From: Pseudomonadota bacterium
GTDB lineage: Bacteria; Desulfobacterota; Anaeroferrophillalia; Anaeroferrophillales; Tharpellaceae
DNA length: 64,000 bases
Assembly: GCA_011049115.1 (NCBI GenBank)
Contig: DSCM01000051.1
Coordinates: 8,010 to 72,009 of the forward strand
Direction: 5' to 3'
The position numbers and the translations under genes were made by a program. The notes beneath the pieces were generated by a model. It saw nothing but the letters and a program-made list of their open reading frames with translations. It had not been told where the DNA came from and ran no database searches. Below are positions 9,494-19,145 of this stretch, piece by piece; the stretch's first letter is position 1; each line of letters begins with the position of its first letter.

Positions 9494-9817
9494 TCACGGC
9501 AGCAACTTCAGCAAAACCTCTTTTCCGGCCATACGATCCAGTCTGGTCCCGGCCGGAACCAACAAAGTCACGACCCGGTCTTCAAGACCATCCGGACCCT
9601 GGGTCATCCGGCGCTGGTCACGCGGTTGCCGCCGGTTAACCCCGCCGTAAGGCATCGGTGAATAGCGGCGCGGCCGAATTCGACCGCTGCGAACATTCAG
9701 GATACGCCCCCTGACATCCGCGTCCCGATTGGGGATTCTGGTTTCAGCTCTCATTTTCTCAGCCGCCACCACCGGAGGCAGGACCATTTGAGAAATTGAA
9801 TTCTTAACTTCATACAT
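9494..9817 (-). CDS. hypothetical small, very basic (Arg-rich) protein; probable sigma-28 regulon member
   Basis: The ORF is open to 9832, but the ATG at 9817 follows GGGAGG-N7. The product MYEVKNSISQMVLPPVVAAEKMRAETRIPNRDADVRGRILNVRSGRIRPRRYSPMPYGGVNRRQPRDQRR... matches no family I recognise. A strong sigma-28 promoter lies about 70 nt upstream. Confidence 0.5.
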   Translation of the reverse strand: MYEVKNSISQMVLPPVVAAEKMRAETRIPNRDADVRGRILNVRSGRIRPRRYSPMPYGGVNRRQPRDQRRMTQGPDGLEDRVVTLLVPAGTRLDRMAGKEVLLKLLP

Positions 9818-9889
9818 AAAAAAACCTCCCAAACAAGCTTTAATTTATGCCTCCGCTTCTACCCCATGCCCCTGCCACTCTCCACGTAG

Positions 9890-9916
9890 TTTTCGGCAAA
9901 AGTAAAAAAAACTTTA
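9890..9916 (-). promoter_or_regulatory. sigma-28 (FliA) promoter
   Basis: The minus strand reads TAAAGTTT-TTTTTACTTTT-GCCGAAAA. The consensus is TAAAGTTT-N11-GCCGATAA, so there is one mismatch. It sits just after the stop of the sigma-54 activator gene. Confidence 0.7.
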
Positions 9917-9920
9917 ACCC

Positions 9921-11309
9921 TTACATTGACCGTCCCCACTCCTTAAGACGATACTCAATTTTTCTCACGCTGATCCCCAGTTCACGGGCCGCCTGGGTCT
10001 TCGTCGGACAGCGCTCCAAAGCGGCGAGAATCATTCTTTTCTCCATCTCCTTAAGACTCAGACCAACCAGAGTAAATTTTTCACCGGGCTCCTCGGAACC
10101 TCCCTCTTTTTTTTGAACATAACGGTTTTCCTGTAAATAGAGAGGCAGATCATCGACTCCAATCGGACGATCCTTAGCATAGATGAAAGCCCTCTCCATG
10201 ACATTTTCCAGCTCTCTGACATTACCCGGCCACGGAGCATTTTCAAGCAGGCGCATGGCTTCGCTTTCCGGATAAAGCAAGGGGCGCTGATCACGACGGG
10301 AAATTTTCTCGCAGAAATATTTTACCAGCATGACAATGTCTCCGGAACGGTCACGCAAAGGAGGCAAAATAAACTGAACCACGTTAAGACGATAATAAAG
10401 ATCTTCTCGAAAACGGCCGGCAGCGACTTCGGCCCGCAAGTCCTTATTGGTCGCCGCCAGAACCCGAACATCAACATAGTGAGTCTTTTCGCCGCCAACC
10501 TGCTGGAATTCACCTGAAACCAAAACCCGCAAGAGCTTGGCCTGCACCGACATGGCCATATCCCCGATTTCATCGAGGAAAATGGTCCCCCCGTCCGCCA
10601 ACGCAAATTTCCCCAGCTTATTGCGCACGGCCCCGGTAAAGGCGCCCTTGACATGACCAAACAATTCACTCTCCAGGAGACCTTCATGCAGGGCCGCGCA
10701 GTTAATCGTAATCAATGGTTTTTCCGAACGTAAACCAGAACGGTGCAATGATCTGGCGACAAGTTCCTTACCCGTCCCGGTTTCTCCTTCAATCAGAACA
10801 CTGGCCATGGTCGGCGCCACATCACGAATAGCTCGGAAAATTTTTTCCATGGCCGGGCTGCTACCAATAAAATCGAACTCCGTACTGCCCCTCAAGGCCG
10901 CCTCCCGCAGAAGCCGGTTCTGGGCCAGGAGCTCTCTTTTTTCCCGAATCCGGGCTATCGTAATCTCAAGCTCCTCAAGGTTAATCGGCTTGATCAGATA
11001 ATCATCCGCTCCGGCTTTCATCGCGGCCACAGCATCCCTGACGCCTCCCTGACCAGTTATCATCACCACGCTTAGACCAGGATCTACGGCCCGAACCAGA
11101 CGAAGAAGTTCAAGCCCATCGACTTCCGGCATCCTGAGATCAGTCAGCAGCAGATCAACCGGATGCCGCCGCACATGATCCAGAGCGGCCTGGGGTCGGC
11201 TATAACCATCAACCACGAATCCTTCCAGGCGCAGGAGCTCTACCAACCCGGTTACGGCCCGTTCCTCATCGTCAACCACCACGATACAAAATTGCCCAGC
11301 TTTATTCAT
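9921..11309 (-). CDS. sigma-54-dependent response regulator (NtrC family; FlrC/FleR/FlgR-like flagellar activator by context)
   Basis: 462 aa. It has a REC domain (VVVDDE...LLLTDLRMPEVDG...DYLIKP), an AAA+ domain with GETGTGKE and GAFTGA (HVKGAFTGAV), and a C-terminal Fis-type HTH (TQAARELGISVRKIEYRLKEW). Confidence 0.9.
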   Translation of the reverse strand: MNKAGQFCIVVVDDEERAVTGLVELLRLEGFVVDGYSRPQAALDHVRRHPVDLLLTDLRMPEVDGLELLRLVRAVDPGLSVVMITGQGGVRDAVAAMKAGADDYLIKPINLEELEITIARIREKRELLAQNRLLREAALRGSTEFDFIGSSPAMEKIFRAIRDVAPTMASVLIEGETGTGKELVARSLHRSGLRSEKPLITINCAALHEGLLESELFGHVKGAFTGAVRNKLGKFALADGGTIFLDEIGDMAMSVQAKLLRVLVSGEFQQVGGEKTHYVDVRVLAATNKDLRAEVAAGRFREDLYYRLNVVQFILPPLRDRSGDIVMLVKYFCEKISRRDQRPLLYPESEAMRLLENAPWPGNVRELENVMERAFIYAKDRPIGVDDLPLYLQENRYVQKKEGGSEEPGEKFTLVGLSLKEMEKRMILAALERCPTKTQAARELGISVRKIEYRLKEWGRSM

Positions 11310-12391
11310 GGATTTGCCCCCACGGGAAGCACTACCTTAAAAACCGTACCCTGATCATCACTGACAAAGCTGATTTCACCATCATGGGCCCGAATGATAT
11401 CGCGACAAAGATGAAGACCGATCCCGGTACCACACGTTTTCGTCGTATAAAAAAGGTCGAAGATTCGAGCCTGCCGGGAAAAAGGAATTCCGGGACCATT
11501 GTCGGCAAAGCTCAGAGACACCAGGCGGTCGTCATAATAACCCTTGATTTCAAGAAAGGCATCAGCCGTTTCACTCTCGCTTAAAGCTTCGACCGCATTT
11601 TTCATCAAGTTCATGAAGGCTTGCCGGAGTTTATCCCGATCGGCCCGTAAACATGGCCCCTCACCTTCAAAAGACAAACGGATATCAATCCGGACGCGGC
11701 GGGCTTCTTCCGCCAGCAGTTCGGCCACCCCGGCCACCTCAACAAAAGGATTACAGTCCTCCAGACGCAGGCACCGACTCTTCTGCATCTTAAGAAAATC
11801 TCCGGCCAAGGTGTTAAGGCGATCACTTTCCGCCCGTACAACTTCCACCACACGCAAAAAAGAGGCTGCCGTTTCGGAATCAAGACGTCCCGCCATTTTT
11901 TGCAAAAGCGACATTTGAATGGCAATTGAATTTAAAGGATTGCGAATCTCATGACTCAGCTCAGCGCTGTATTCGCCCATAGCGGCAAGTCCCTGCAAAC
12001 GGGAAATCTCGGAAAAAAGATCGGCCGCCTCGGTTTTGTCAACGCAAACGGCCACGACATAATCAACCACCCCAAGATAACCCGCGCAGGGATAGTGGCT
12101 TAATGCATAAACATGATTGCGACCATCGGTGTCAAGCAAGGTAAAGTTGGAAACCCTGGCTTCCCTACCGGCAAACACCTCCTCAAAAGAACAGAAAGGA
12201 CAACGACCATGGTTTTCGAAAAGCGCCTGGTGACAGCGCTTGCCGAGCGCGTTATCAGCCTTACAGCCAAACTTGGCCATCGCCGCCGGATTCAGATAAA
12301 CCAAACGCAAATCCCGGTTTACAACCCAGACCGGGTCACTGAAAAGTTCAAAAAAAGAGCGAAAGTGCTCGACTGTAAAAAATTCCGCCAT
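11306..12391 (-). CDS. cytoplasmic PAS-domain sensor histidine kinase (FlrB/FleS-like by context)
   Basis: 361 aa with no TM segment. It has an N-terminal PAS-like region, an H-box (SAELSHEIRNPLNSI) and N/G boxes (NLMKNAVEA..., DNGPGIP..., GTGIGL). It overlaps the regulator gene by 4 nt. Confidence 0.85.
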   Translation of the reverse strand: MAEFFTVEHFRSFFELFSDPVWVVNRDLRLVYLNPAAMAKFGCKADNALGKRCHQALFENHGRCPFCSFEEVFAGREARVSNFTLLDTDGRNHVYALSHYPCAGYLGVVDYVVAVCVDKTEAADLFSEISRLQGLAAMGEYSAELSHEIRNPLNSIAIQMSLLQKMAGRLDSETAASFLRVVEVVRAESDRLNTLAGDFLKMQKSRCLRLEDCNPFVEVAGVAELLAEEARRVRIDIRLSFEGEGPCLRADRDKLRQAFMNLMKNAVEALSESETADAFLEIKGYYDDRLVSLSFADNGPGIPFSRQARIFDLFYTTKTCGTGIGLHLCRDIIRAHDGEISFVSDDQGTVFKVVLPVGANP

Positions 12392-12412
12392 AAAAAAGTA
12401 ACCGCCTCAACC

Positions 12413-12462
12413 AAAAAAAGGTGAGAGCTGCGGCAACCTTTGTCACCTTCAGCCCTCACCTT
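12413..12462 (-). terminator. rho-independent terminator after cheY
   Basis: On the minus strand a 13-bp stem (AAGGUGAGGGCUG / CAGCUCUCACCUU) is followed by U7. The single non-Watson-Crick position is a G-U wobble only in the minus orientation. Confidence 0.65.
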
Positions 12463-12492
12463 CAATCTTGTTCACGGACAGCGGAAAGAAAC

Positions 12493-12870
12493 TCAACCGC
12501 CAAATATTTTTTCCAGTTTTTCCTGCATGGTTTCGGCCGTAAAAGGCTTGATGATATAATTACTGACTCCGGATTTAACGGCCTCAATAATATTTTCCTT
12601 CAGAGCTTCGGCGGTAACCATGAGAACCGGAATATGTTTCAGGTCCTCATCATTACGAATATTCTTGAGCAACTCCAGTCCCGACATTTTCGGCATATTC
12701 CAATCCGTGATGACAAGATCAAAATTCTCCGCCTGAATTTTAGGCCAGGCCGTCGCTCCATCATCAGCCTCCTGAACATTGTTGAAACCAAGCTGACGAA
12801 GAATATTTTTAATAATCCGCCTCATTGTCGAAAAATCATCAACAATGATGATTTTCATATTCTTATCCAT
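12493..12870 (-). CDS. cheY: chemotaxis response regulator CheY
   Basis: 125 aa, single REC domain. [25 protein letters not shown]...[22 protein letters not shown]...PVLMVTAEA...SNYIIKPFT is a very CheY-like sequence. Confidence 0.9.
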   Translation of the reverse strand: MDKNMKIIIVDDFSTMRRIIKNILRQLGFNNVQEADDGATAWPKIQAENFDLVITDWNMPKMSGLELLKNIRNDEDLKHIPVLMVTAEALKENIIEAVKSGVSNYIIKPFTAETMQEKLEKIFGG

Positions 12871-13051
12871 AGACCCCTCTGAAACTTTTTACCTTAACAA
12901 TTCATTTTCAGTTTGAGAAAACAAGTAAATGAACGGTTAAGAACACTTATCCGCGGGCCGATAGTCCGCTTGGGCTGCGGAATACACACCCGCAACTGAT
13001 TTCCGGAAGGCGAGATTCAGACCAACCAAACCTTGCTAGCCGAATTGCAAT

Positions 13052-13807
13052 TTAGCTTGTAACCGAAAATTTTTTGCGGCGCAAGTTTTTTATCCGGTTA
13101 CGTAAACGGATTATCGCCTGGGTCCGCATCTGACAAACCCGGGACTCACTGACCTCGAGAACCAGACCAATTTCCTTCAGATTCAGCTCTTCAAAGTAAT
13201 AAAGCTGCAAAACCAACCGATCCCGCTCGCCCAAACTGTCAATCGCCAACGCGAGCATTTCCTGGGCTTCCCGGTCCCGACATAAAACATAAGGATCTTC
13301 ATTCTCAATCAGCGAGATCAGTTCCAAAGGGTCGCGCGGATTATTGACGGCCGGTGAACTCAGGTCTTCGAAATTGACCAGGGAAATCCCCCGGGCCCGA
13401 CCCAACAGTTTATGGAACTCCTCCAAACTCAGACCCATGGCCGCAGCGACCTCATGATCTTCAGCCGGTCGCCCTAACCTATGCTCCAGTTCTGCGTAGG
13501 CGTTTTCCAGAGCGTTGCTCTCCTGGCGCAAACCTCGCGTCGCCCAGTCCTGACTCCGCAGATCGTCAAGCATGGCCCCGCGAATGCGAAACTCGGCATA
13601 GATTTTAAACTGAACCTCGCGAGTCCGGTCATATTTGCCAACGGCGTCCAGCAAACCGATAACCCCGCTGTTAATCAGATCGTCAACCTCTATATTTTCC
13701 GGGAGACGAGAAGCCAGACGATAGGCCAAACGACGCACCAGAGGCAGATATTCTTTCAGCAGAACATCATCGGACAAAACAAGATTTTCTGTTTCAAAGT
13801 CACTCAC
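13052..13807 (-). CDS. fliA: flagellar sigma factor FliA (sigma-28); the ORF is open to 13903, and the likely start is GTG 13807 (or 13819), overlapping the flhG stop
   Basis: It has region 2 (EYLPLVRRLAYRLASRLPENIEVDDLINSGVIGLLDAVGKYD), region 3 and region 4 (LVLQLYYFEELNLKEIGLVLEVSESRVCQMRTQAIIRLR). It lies downstream of flhF-flhG, as in polar-flagellate clusters. Confidence 0.9.
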   Translation of the reverse strand: MSDFETENLVLSDDVLLKEYLPLVRRLAYRLASRLPENIEVDDLINSGVIGLLDAVGKYDRTREVQFKIYAEFRIRGAMLDDLRSQDWATRGLRQESNALENAYAELEHRLGRPAEDHEVAAAMGLSLEEFHKLLGRARGISLVNFEDLSSPAVNNPRDPLELISLIENEDPYVLCRDREAQEMLALAIDSLGERDRLVLQLYYFEELNLKEIGLVLEVSESRVCQMRTQAIIRLRNRIKNLRRKKFSVTS

Positions 13808-14684
13808 GACTTTCGCCACCGAGCAAACGTTGCCAGAAATAACTAAGCCCGCCGCCCCTAACCTTGAACGGCAAACGTTTAAGCCGGCGAGCGACCTCGA
13901 CAAAAGCCCGACTGGCGGCCGCTTCCGGCTTGTAGATAACCACCGCCTGCTGCCGACAGACCGCCATGGGCACGGCCTTGTCCTTGGGCACGTATCCCAA
14001 AAAGACCAAGGTTATGTCAAGGAATTTCTCCCCAACCCGACTCAACTGGGAATACACCTGACGAGCCTGAGCTTCATCCGAAACCTGATTCAAAAGCAGA
14101 TAAAATTTCTTCTCTCCATAGCGATTCCAGAGCACTTTCATCAAGGCATAGGCATCCGTCATCGAGGTCGGCTCCGGGGTGGCCACAATCAGAGCCACAT
14201 CGGCGGCCATGACAAAACTGGTAACCATATCCGAGATTCCGGCGGCGGCGTCAATCAGCAGGAAATCGATCTGGTCGGCATACTGATTCAGCTGCTCCAT
14301 CAGAATCCGCTGTTCCCGGGTACCGCCACGAGTAACCTCCTGGATTCCGGAAGCCGCCGGAATAATTTTGACCCCATGCGGACCTTCAACGATGATTTCA
14401 GCCAATTTTTTTTCGCCGGCAAAAAGATGCTGCAAATTGTATTGGGGCGCCAAACCCAACATGACATCAAGATTACCAAGACCAAGATCGGCGTCAAGCA
14501 CCATCACACGGGCCCCTTCCGCCGCCAGAGAAGCGGCCACATTGATTACCGTATTGGTTTTTCCCACCCCCCCCTTGCCGCTGGCAACGGCAATAACCTT
14601 GACCTGCTTACCAGAACCTTGCAATGCCGAGGCCTGATCCATAACTATATCCTCTCTCGTCGTCTTCATAACTTGCTTTAGCAA
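13800..14684 (-). CDS. flhG: flagellar number regulator FlhG/FleN (MinD-family ATPase)
   Basis: 294 aa. It has the deviant Walker A IAVASGKGGVGKTN and MinD/ParA-like architecture. It lies immediately after flhF. Confidence 0.9.
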   Translation of the reverse strand: MLKQVMKTTREDIVMDQASALQGSGKQVKVIAVASGKGGVGKTNTVINVAASLAAEGARVMVLDADLGLGNLDVMLGLAPQYNLQHLFAGEKKLAEIIVEGPHGVKIIPAASGIQEVTRGGTREQRILMEQLNQYADQIDFLLIDAAAGISDMVTSFVMAADVALIVATPEPTSMTDAYALMKVLWNRYGEKKFYLLLNQVSDEAQARQVYSQLSRVGEKFLDITLVFLGYVPKDKAVPMAVCRQQAVVIYKPEAAASRAFVEVARRLKRLPFKVRGGGLSYFWQRLLGGESRE

Positions 14685-14687
14685 CCG

Positions 14688-15896
14688 TCAATCATCTGCA
14701 ACCAGATCAAGTAACAGATTCGCCAGGCGCTCAGGGCTGGCTTCTTCGAAGTCATCCGGGACCCTCTGCCCATCGGTAAAAAAACTCAAGGGCAGCCGAG
14801 CATAGCTCAAACCATTTAAAATAGAGCCGTAACAACTGGTTTCATCCAGTTTTGTGAAAAGCAAGGCCCGAATGAGAAAAGGACGAAAACGCACCAGGTT
14901 TTCCAGTAGATCCTCCTCCTGCAGAGAAGCCGGCAGCACCAGCAAGGTGTCGCCGGCAAGCCCCTTCAGAAAACGATGCAGGGTCGCCAGCCCTTCGTGG
15001 TCACGGGAACTCCGCCCCATAGTATCAAGCAAAATTCGATCATGACCGGCAAATCGGCGCAGGGCCTCAGACAATTGCGATCGATTCGTGACTACGGCAA
15101 CCGGCATTTCCAGCCGTCTACCATATTCCTGAATCTGTTCGGCCGCTCCCAGGCGATAAGTATCGAGCGAGAGCAGGGCCGGGCGTTCTCCCCGCGAGCG
15201 CAGAAAAGCCGCTAGTTTTGCCAAAGTTGTGGTTTTGCCGACTCCGGTCGGCCCCAGTAACGTCAGCACCCGCGCCATCTCCGTAACCGGCAGAACCTTG
15301 ACTTTACGCATCAGACGTTGAGCCAGGGCGGCCTTGAGCTCCGCCACGATCCAAAGGGCGTTCTTCTTCCGGGACAACAGGTTCGCACTCGCCGACCAAG
15401 TTTCAGAGAGCAACTTATGAGCCAGCTCATAAGTTACCTTGCGTGCCAGCAAAACGGCCATCAATTCAGCGCAAGCGGGGTCATCCCAGTCTTCGTCCAG
15501 ACCACTGCCGGCCACCAACCGATCCATTACCCGTTTTACCGATGAAAGTTCTCGCCGCAAAAGCTCATACTCCGCTTTCCCGACAAAACCATCCCTAAAA
15601 TCGCAGCGGTCCTGTTCCCGGCCGGATCGAGCCCCGACGACGCCCGACGCCTTCCGGCCACCGGCGGAGAAAAGCATGGACGCCGCGTTTTCACCCGCAA
15701 GCGACACTTCATCCTTTTTCCTGATAATCTTCAGAGTCGGATCATAATCAATCGCCGCCAGTATTTCAATTTGGACCTCTGGCTTCGCTTCCGGCCTTCT
15801 CGTCGTTTCTAAAACAACCGCCTCCTCGCCAAAAGCCAGCTTGACGGCGTTCATGGCCGCGGCGCTGTCCCGACCATAAAATCGTTTAACCCGCAC
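14688..15896 (-). CDS. flhF: flagellar biosynthesis GTPase FlhF (SRP-type)
   Basis: 402 aa with a GTG start. The N-terminus is MRVKRFYGRDSAAAMNAVKLAFGEEAVVLET. The G-domain carries LLGPTGVGKTTTLAKLAA, DTYR and DTMGRS motifs. Confidence 0.9.
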   Translation of the reverse strand: MRVKRFYGRDSAAAMNAVKLAFGEEAVVLETTRRPEAKPEVQIEILAAIDYDPTLKIIRKKDEVSLAGENAASMLFSAGGRKASGVVGARSGREQDRCDFRDGFVGKAEYELLRRELSSVKRVMDRLVAGSGLDEDWDDPACAELMAVLLARKVTYELAHKLLSETWSASANLLSRKKNALWIVAELKAALAQRLMRKVKVLPVTEMARVLTLLGPTGVGKTTTLAKLAAFLRSRGERPALLSLDTYRLGAAEQIQEYGRRLEMPVAVVTNRSQLSEALRRFAGHDRILLDTMGRSSRDHEGLATLHRFLKGLAGDTLLVLPASLQEEDLLENLVRFRPFLIRALLFTKLDETSCYGSILNGLSYARLPLSFFTDGQRVPDDFEEASPERLANLLLDLVADD

Positions 15897-18042
15897 CCTC
15901 GCCTCCGGACTTCAGTCCTATCCGGCCCAGAGCCTGAACTATGACCTGCGCCGGGATTTCATTATGGGAGAGCACCACCAGCCCCGGAATAAAGCGTTCC
16001 AAAAGTCGACGTAAATGAAAACGGACAATCGGCACGCAAAGAAGAATCGGCCGGGCCGAAACATTATCGAATTTTTCGTGCAACTTGCGAAGCTGGTCGA
16101 CCAGAGCATAAACCACACCCGGATCCAGAGTGAGAAACGCTCCATGGTCAGTTCTCTGAATTGAAGCATTGACCTGCTCTTCGAGCGCGGGTTCAAGGGT
16201 CACCACATACAAACGACTTTTGTCGGCAAGATAATTCCCCACAATCGTTCGGGCCAGATTCTGACGCACATACTCGGTCAAAACATCAATATCACGAACC
16301 TGAGTCGAGTAGTCGGCCATCGTTTCAAGAATGGTCATCAGATCCCGAATGGAAACCTGCTCCCGCAACAGATTCTGCAGAAGCTTCTGCAAGGTCCCCC
16401 AAGGCACCACTGCCGGCACCAGATCATCAACCACCTTGGGATAGCGCTGGCCCAGATTTTCAACCAACTTCTGCACATCCTGACGACCGAGCAGTTCATG
16501 CAAATGGAGTTTAATCTTTTCCACCAGATGAGTGGCCACCACGGTCGAGGGATCAACCACCGTATAACCTGCCAGCTGAGCCCGCTCCCGCTGGCGTTCC
16601 TCAATCCATAACGCAGGCAGGCCGAAAGCCGGTTCCGTGGTCGCAATGCCGCGGAGCTCGGAAGTCATCCCTTCTCCTCCCATAGCCAGGCAATAACCGA
16701 TCATAACCTCGCCTTCGGCCACCACACTGCCCTTGATTTTAAAAGAATAGGCGTTCGGTTTAAGCTGCAGATTATCACGAATATGAATTGAAGGCATGAC
16801 CATTCCCAGATCCAGCGCAAACTGGCGGCGAATCAATTTTATTCTTTCGAGCAGATCACCACCCTGAGTCTCGTCGACCAGGGCGATCAGAGCGTAACCC
16901 ACCTCCAGCTCCATAGTATCCATAACCAGCAGTTTCTCGACCGCTTCCGGCGTGGCCTTGCCGGCCGCCACCGCCTGTTCCTGCTCACGCTCCTGCAATA
17001 CTATCTGGGCCTGTTTCACGGCAGCCTGCTGCCGATGAAGCAGAAAAGAAATAAATCCGACCAGCAGGGCCAGAGAAAAAAACGAAAGTTTAGGCAGGCC
17101 CGGAATCAGTGCGAAGATAAAAAGCGCCAGCGCCGCCAGGCTCAGAACCTTGGGATAGGCGGTCACCTGGCGGACCAGATCGCTGCCCATGCTGCCTTCC
17201 GCAGCCGAGCGTGAAACCATGATGCCGGACGCCGTCGAAATAATCAGGGCCGGAATCTGACTGACCAGGCCGTCGCCAACCGTCAAGGTGGTATAGGTAG
17301 CGGCGGACTCGGCCATAGACATCCCCTGCTGCATAACTCCGATCACAAACCCGGCCATGATATTGATCAACGTGATCACGATACCGGCGATGGCATCACC
17401 GCTGACAAATTTAGCGGCCCCGTCCATGGCCCCAAAGAAATCTGCCTCACGGCGAATCTCCAAACGCCGCGCTCGGGCTTCGGTTTCACTGATCATTCCG
17501 GCGTTAAGATCGGCATCGATCGCCATCTGTTTCCCGGGCATGGCATCCAGGGTGAAGCGGGCGGTAACTTCGGCGATTCTCCCGGAACCCTTGGTGATAA
17601 CCATGAAATTGATAATCACCAAGATTGCAAAGATAATGGTTCCGACGACATAGTTGCCCCCCACCACAAATTGCCCGAAAGCCTTGATCACCTGCCCGGC
17701 GGCATCGGTTCCCTGATCCCCGTTCAGCAGAATAAGGCGGGTCGAGGCGACGTTCAGGGAAAGTCGAAACAGGGTGGTCACCAGAAGCAGAGCGGGGAAG
17801 ATCGAGAATTCGAGAACCTTCAGCAGATACATCGAAATCAACAGGATGATAATGGATACGCTGATGTTCATCGCCAGCAGCGCATCCAGCATGATCGTCG
17901 GCAGGGGCACAATCATGACCATCAGAATAGCGATTACCGCCAAGGCCATGATCGCGTCGCGACCCATAAAAAGGTTCAAAAAAGTTGATTTCTCAGCTGT
18001 GTCCGCCATAAAATTCACTTCGGCCGAAGGCCTGAATACCAT
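15886..18042 (-). CDS. flhA: flagellar export apparatus protein FlhA (the start is possibly the internal ATG at 18009)
   Basis: 718 aa. It has multi-TM N-terminal and cytoplasmic C-terminal domains with typical FlhA sequence (FPALLLVTTLFRLSLNVASTRLIL..., GKQMAIDADLNAG...). Confidence 0.95.
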   Translation of the reverse strand: MVFRPSAEVNFMADTAEKSTFLNLFMGRDAIMALAVIAILMVMIVPLPTIMLDALLAMNISVSIIILLISMYLLKVLEFSIFPALLLVTTLFRLSLNVASTRLILLNGDQGTDAAGQVIKAFGQFVVGGNYVVGTIIFAILVIINFMVITKGSGRIAEVTARFTLDAMPGKQMAIDADLNAGMISETEARARRLEIRREADFFGAMDGAAKFVSGDAIAGIVITLINIMAGFVIGVMQQGMSMAESAATYTTLTVGDGLVSQIPALIISTASGIMVSRSAAEGSMGSDLVRQVTAYPKVLSLAALALFIFALIPGLPKLSFFSLALLVGFISFLLHRQQAAVKQAQIVLQEREQEQAVAAGKATPEAVEKLLVMDTMELEVGYALIALVDETQGGDLLERIKLIRRQFALDLGMVMPSIHIRDNLQLKPNAYSFKIKGSVVAEGEVMIGYCLAMGGEGMTSELRGIATTEPAFGLPALWIEERQRERAQLAGYTVVDPSTVVATHLVEKIKLHLHELLGRQDVQKLVENLGQRYPKVVDDLVPAVVPWGTLQKLLQNLLREQVSIRDLMTILETMADYSTQVRDIDVLTEYVRQNLARTIVGNYLADKSRLYVVTLEPALEEQVNASIQRTDHGAFLTLDPGVVYALVDQLRKLHEKFDNVSARPILLCVPIVRFHLRRLLERFIPGLVVLSHNEIPAQVIVQALGRIGLKSGGEGAG

Positions 18043-18069
18043 TGATGGGTTCGTGTTCTAAAACAAGTT

Positions 18070-19143
18070 TCAGGTATGCGCCCGGGCCGCCCCGTCGCGG
18101 CGATAAATATAGGCAAGCACTTCGGCGACAGCCTGATAAAGGGTTTCCGGAATCATCTGATTGAGATCGACGGTTTTAAAAAGAAGCCGGGCCAAAGCCC
18201 GGTTTTCAATCACCGGAACGCCGTGTTCTCGGGCAATTTTTTTGATTTTTTCCGCAATCAACCCGGCTCCTTTAGCCACCACCACCGGGGCCTCCGAATG
18301 CTCCTGATCGTAAATCAGAGCAACGGCAATATGGGTCGGATTGGTAATTACGACATCGGCCCGAGGAACCTCCCGCATCATCCGCTGCCGGGCCGCACTC
18401 ATCTGCATACTGCGAATCCGGGACTTGACCTGAGGATCACCCTCCTGCTGTTTCATTTCGTCTTTGATATCCTGCTTGCTCATCTTCTGATTTTCCATGA
18501 AATCCCAACGCTGATAGAGATAATCAAAAAAAGCCAGCAGGAGCATCAGCAAACCACAACGCCACAGAATCTGAAATGAAATCCGAGCTATAAAACCCAG
18601 AATAACACTGACCGGCTGGTTTAACAGCTCAAAAAAACCGAGAAAGTTCTGCCTGTAAACAACATAGGCGATATAACCGAGAAGGCCGATCTTAAGGCAT
18701 GATTTAACTAGTTCAACCAACGGCCGCAGGGAAAGAAAACGGCTTTTAAACCCGCTTACCGGATTCAGTTTGGATAGTTTTGGTTTTAAGACCTTTGGTG
18801 TTATCTTAAAGCCCACCTGCATAAGATTGGCGGCCAGACCGGCAACCAGCAGGAGAATGAGCAGCGGCGCAAGCAGCAGAAACATCTGTCGAATGGTCAT
18901 GAGCAACAGATTATAAACCATGGCCGGAGTCAGCTCAAAAAGCAGGGCATCGCCCAGAATATAGCGCATCAGCTCGGCCGGGGACGATAAAAAACCCCCT
19001 CCCGCGAAAAAGAAGAACGCCAGCCCCACCAGAAGAATAAAAGCCGACGCCACTTCCTGACTCTTGGCAACCTGCCCTTCTTCCCGAGCCTTGCCCAGCT
19101 TTTTCCCGGTCGGCTTTTCTGTTTTACTGGGGTCTTTCGCCAT
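18070..19143 (-). CDS. flhB: flagellar export apparatus protein FlhB
   Basis: 357 aa. It has MAKDPSKTEKPTGKKLGKAREEGQVAKSQEV..., and the autocleavage motif NPTH is present (VVITNPTHIAVAL). Confidence 0.95.
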   Translation of the reverse strand: MAKDPSKTEKPTGKKLGKAREEGQVAKSQEVASAFILLVGLAFFFFAGGGFLSSPAELMRYILGDALLFELTPAMVYNLLLMTIRQMFLLLAPLLILLLVAGLAANLMQVGFKITPKVLKPKLSKLNPVSGFKSRFLSLRPLVELVKSCLKIGLLGYIAYVVYRQNFLGFFELLNQPVSVILGFIARISFQILWRCGLLMLLLAFFDYLYQRWDFMENQKMSKQDIKDEMKQQEGDPQVKSRIRSMQMSAARQRMMREVPRADVVITNPTHIAVALIYDQEHSEAPVVVAKGAGLIAEKIKKIAREHGVPVIENRALARLLFKTVDLNQMIPETLYQAVAEVLAYIYRRDGAARAHT

Positions 19144-19145
19144 GG

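Noticed and set aside
12431-12447. A sigma-54-like sequence (GGTGACAAAGGTTGC, minus strand) upstream of the histidine kinase gene.
   Set aside because: The GG-to-GC spacing is 11 nt instead of the obligatory 10, and the sequence lies in the loop of the cheY terminator.
12938-12967. A plus-strand sigma-28-like sequence (TAAG-N15-GCCGATAG) that would fire antisense into the 3' end of fliA. Similar plus-strand GCCGATA hexamers occur at about 23907 and about 27044.
   Set aside because: The -35 halves are poor or mis-spaced, and there is no plus-strand gene downstream. It could be an antisense promoter, but the evidence is a single 7-8-mer.
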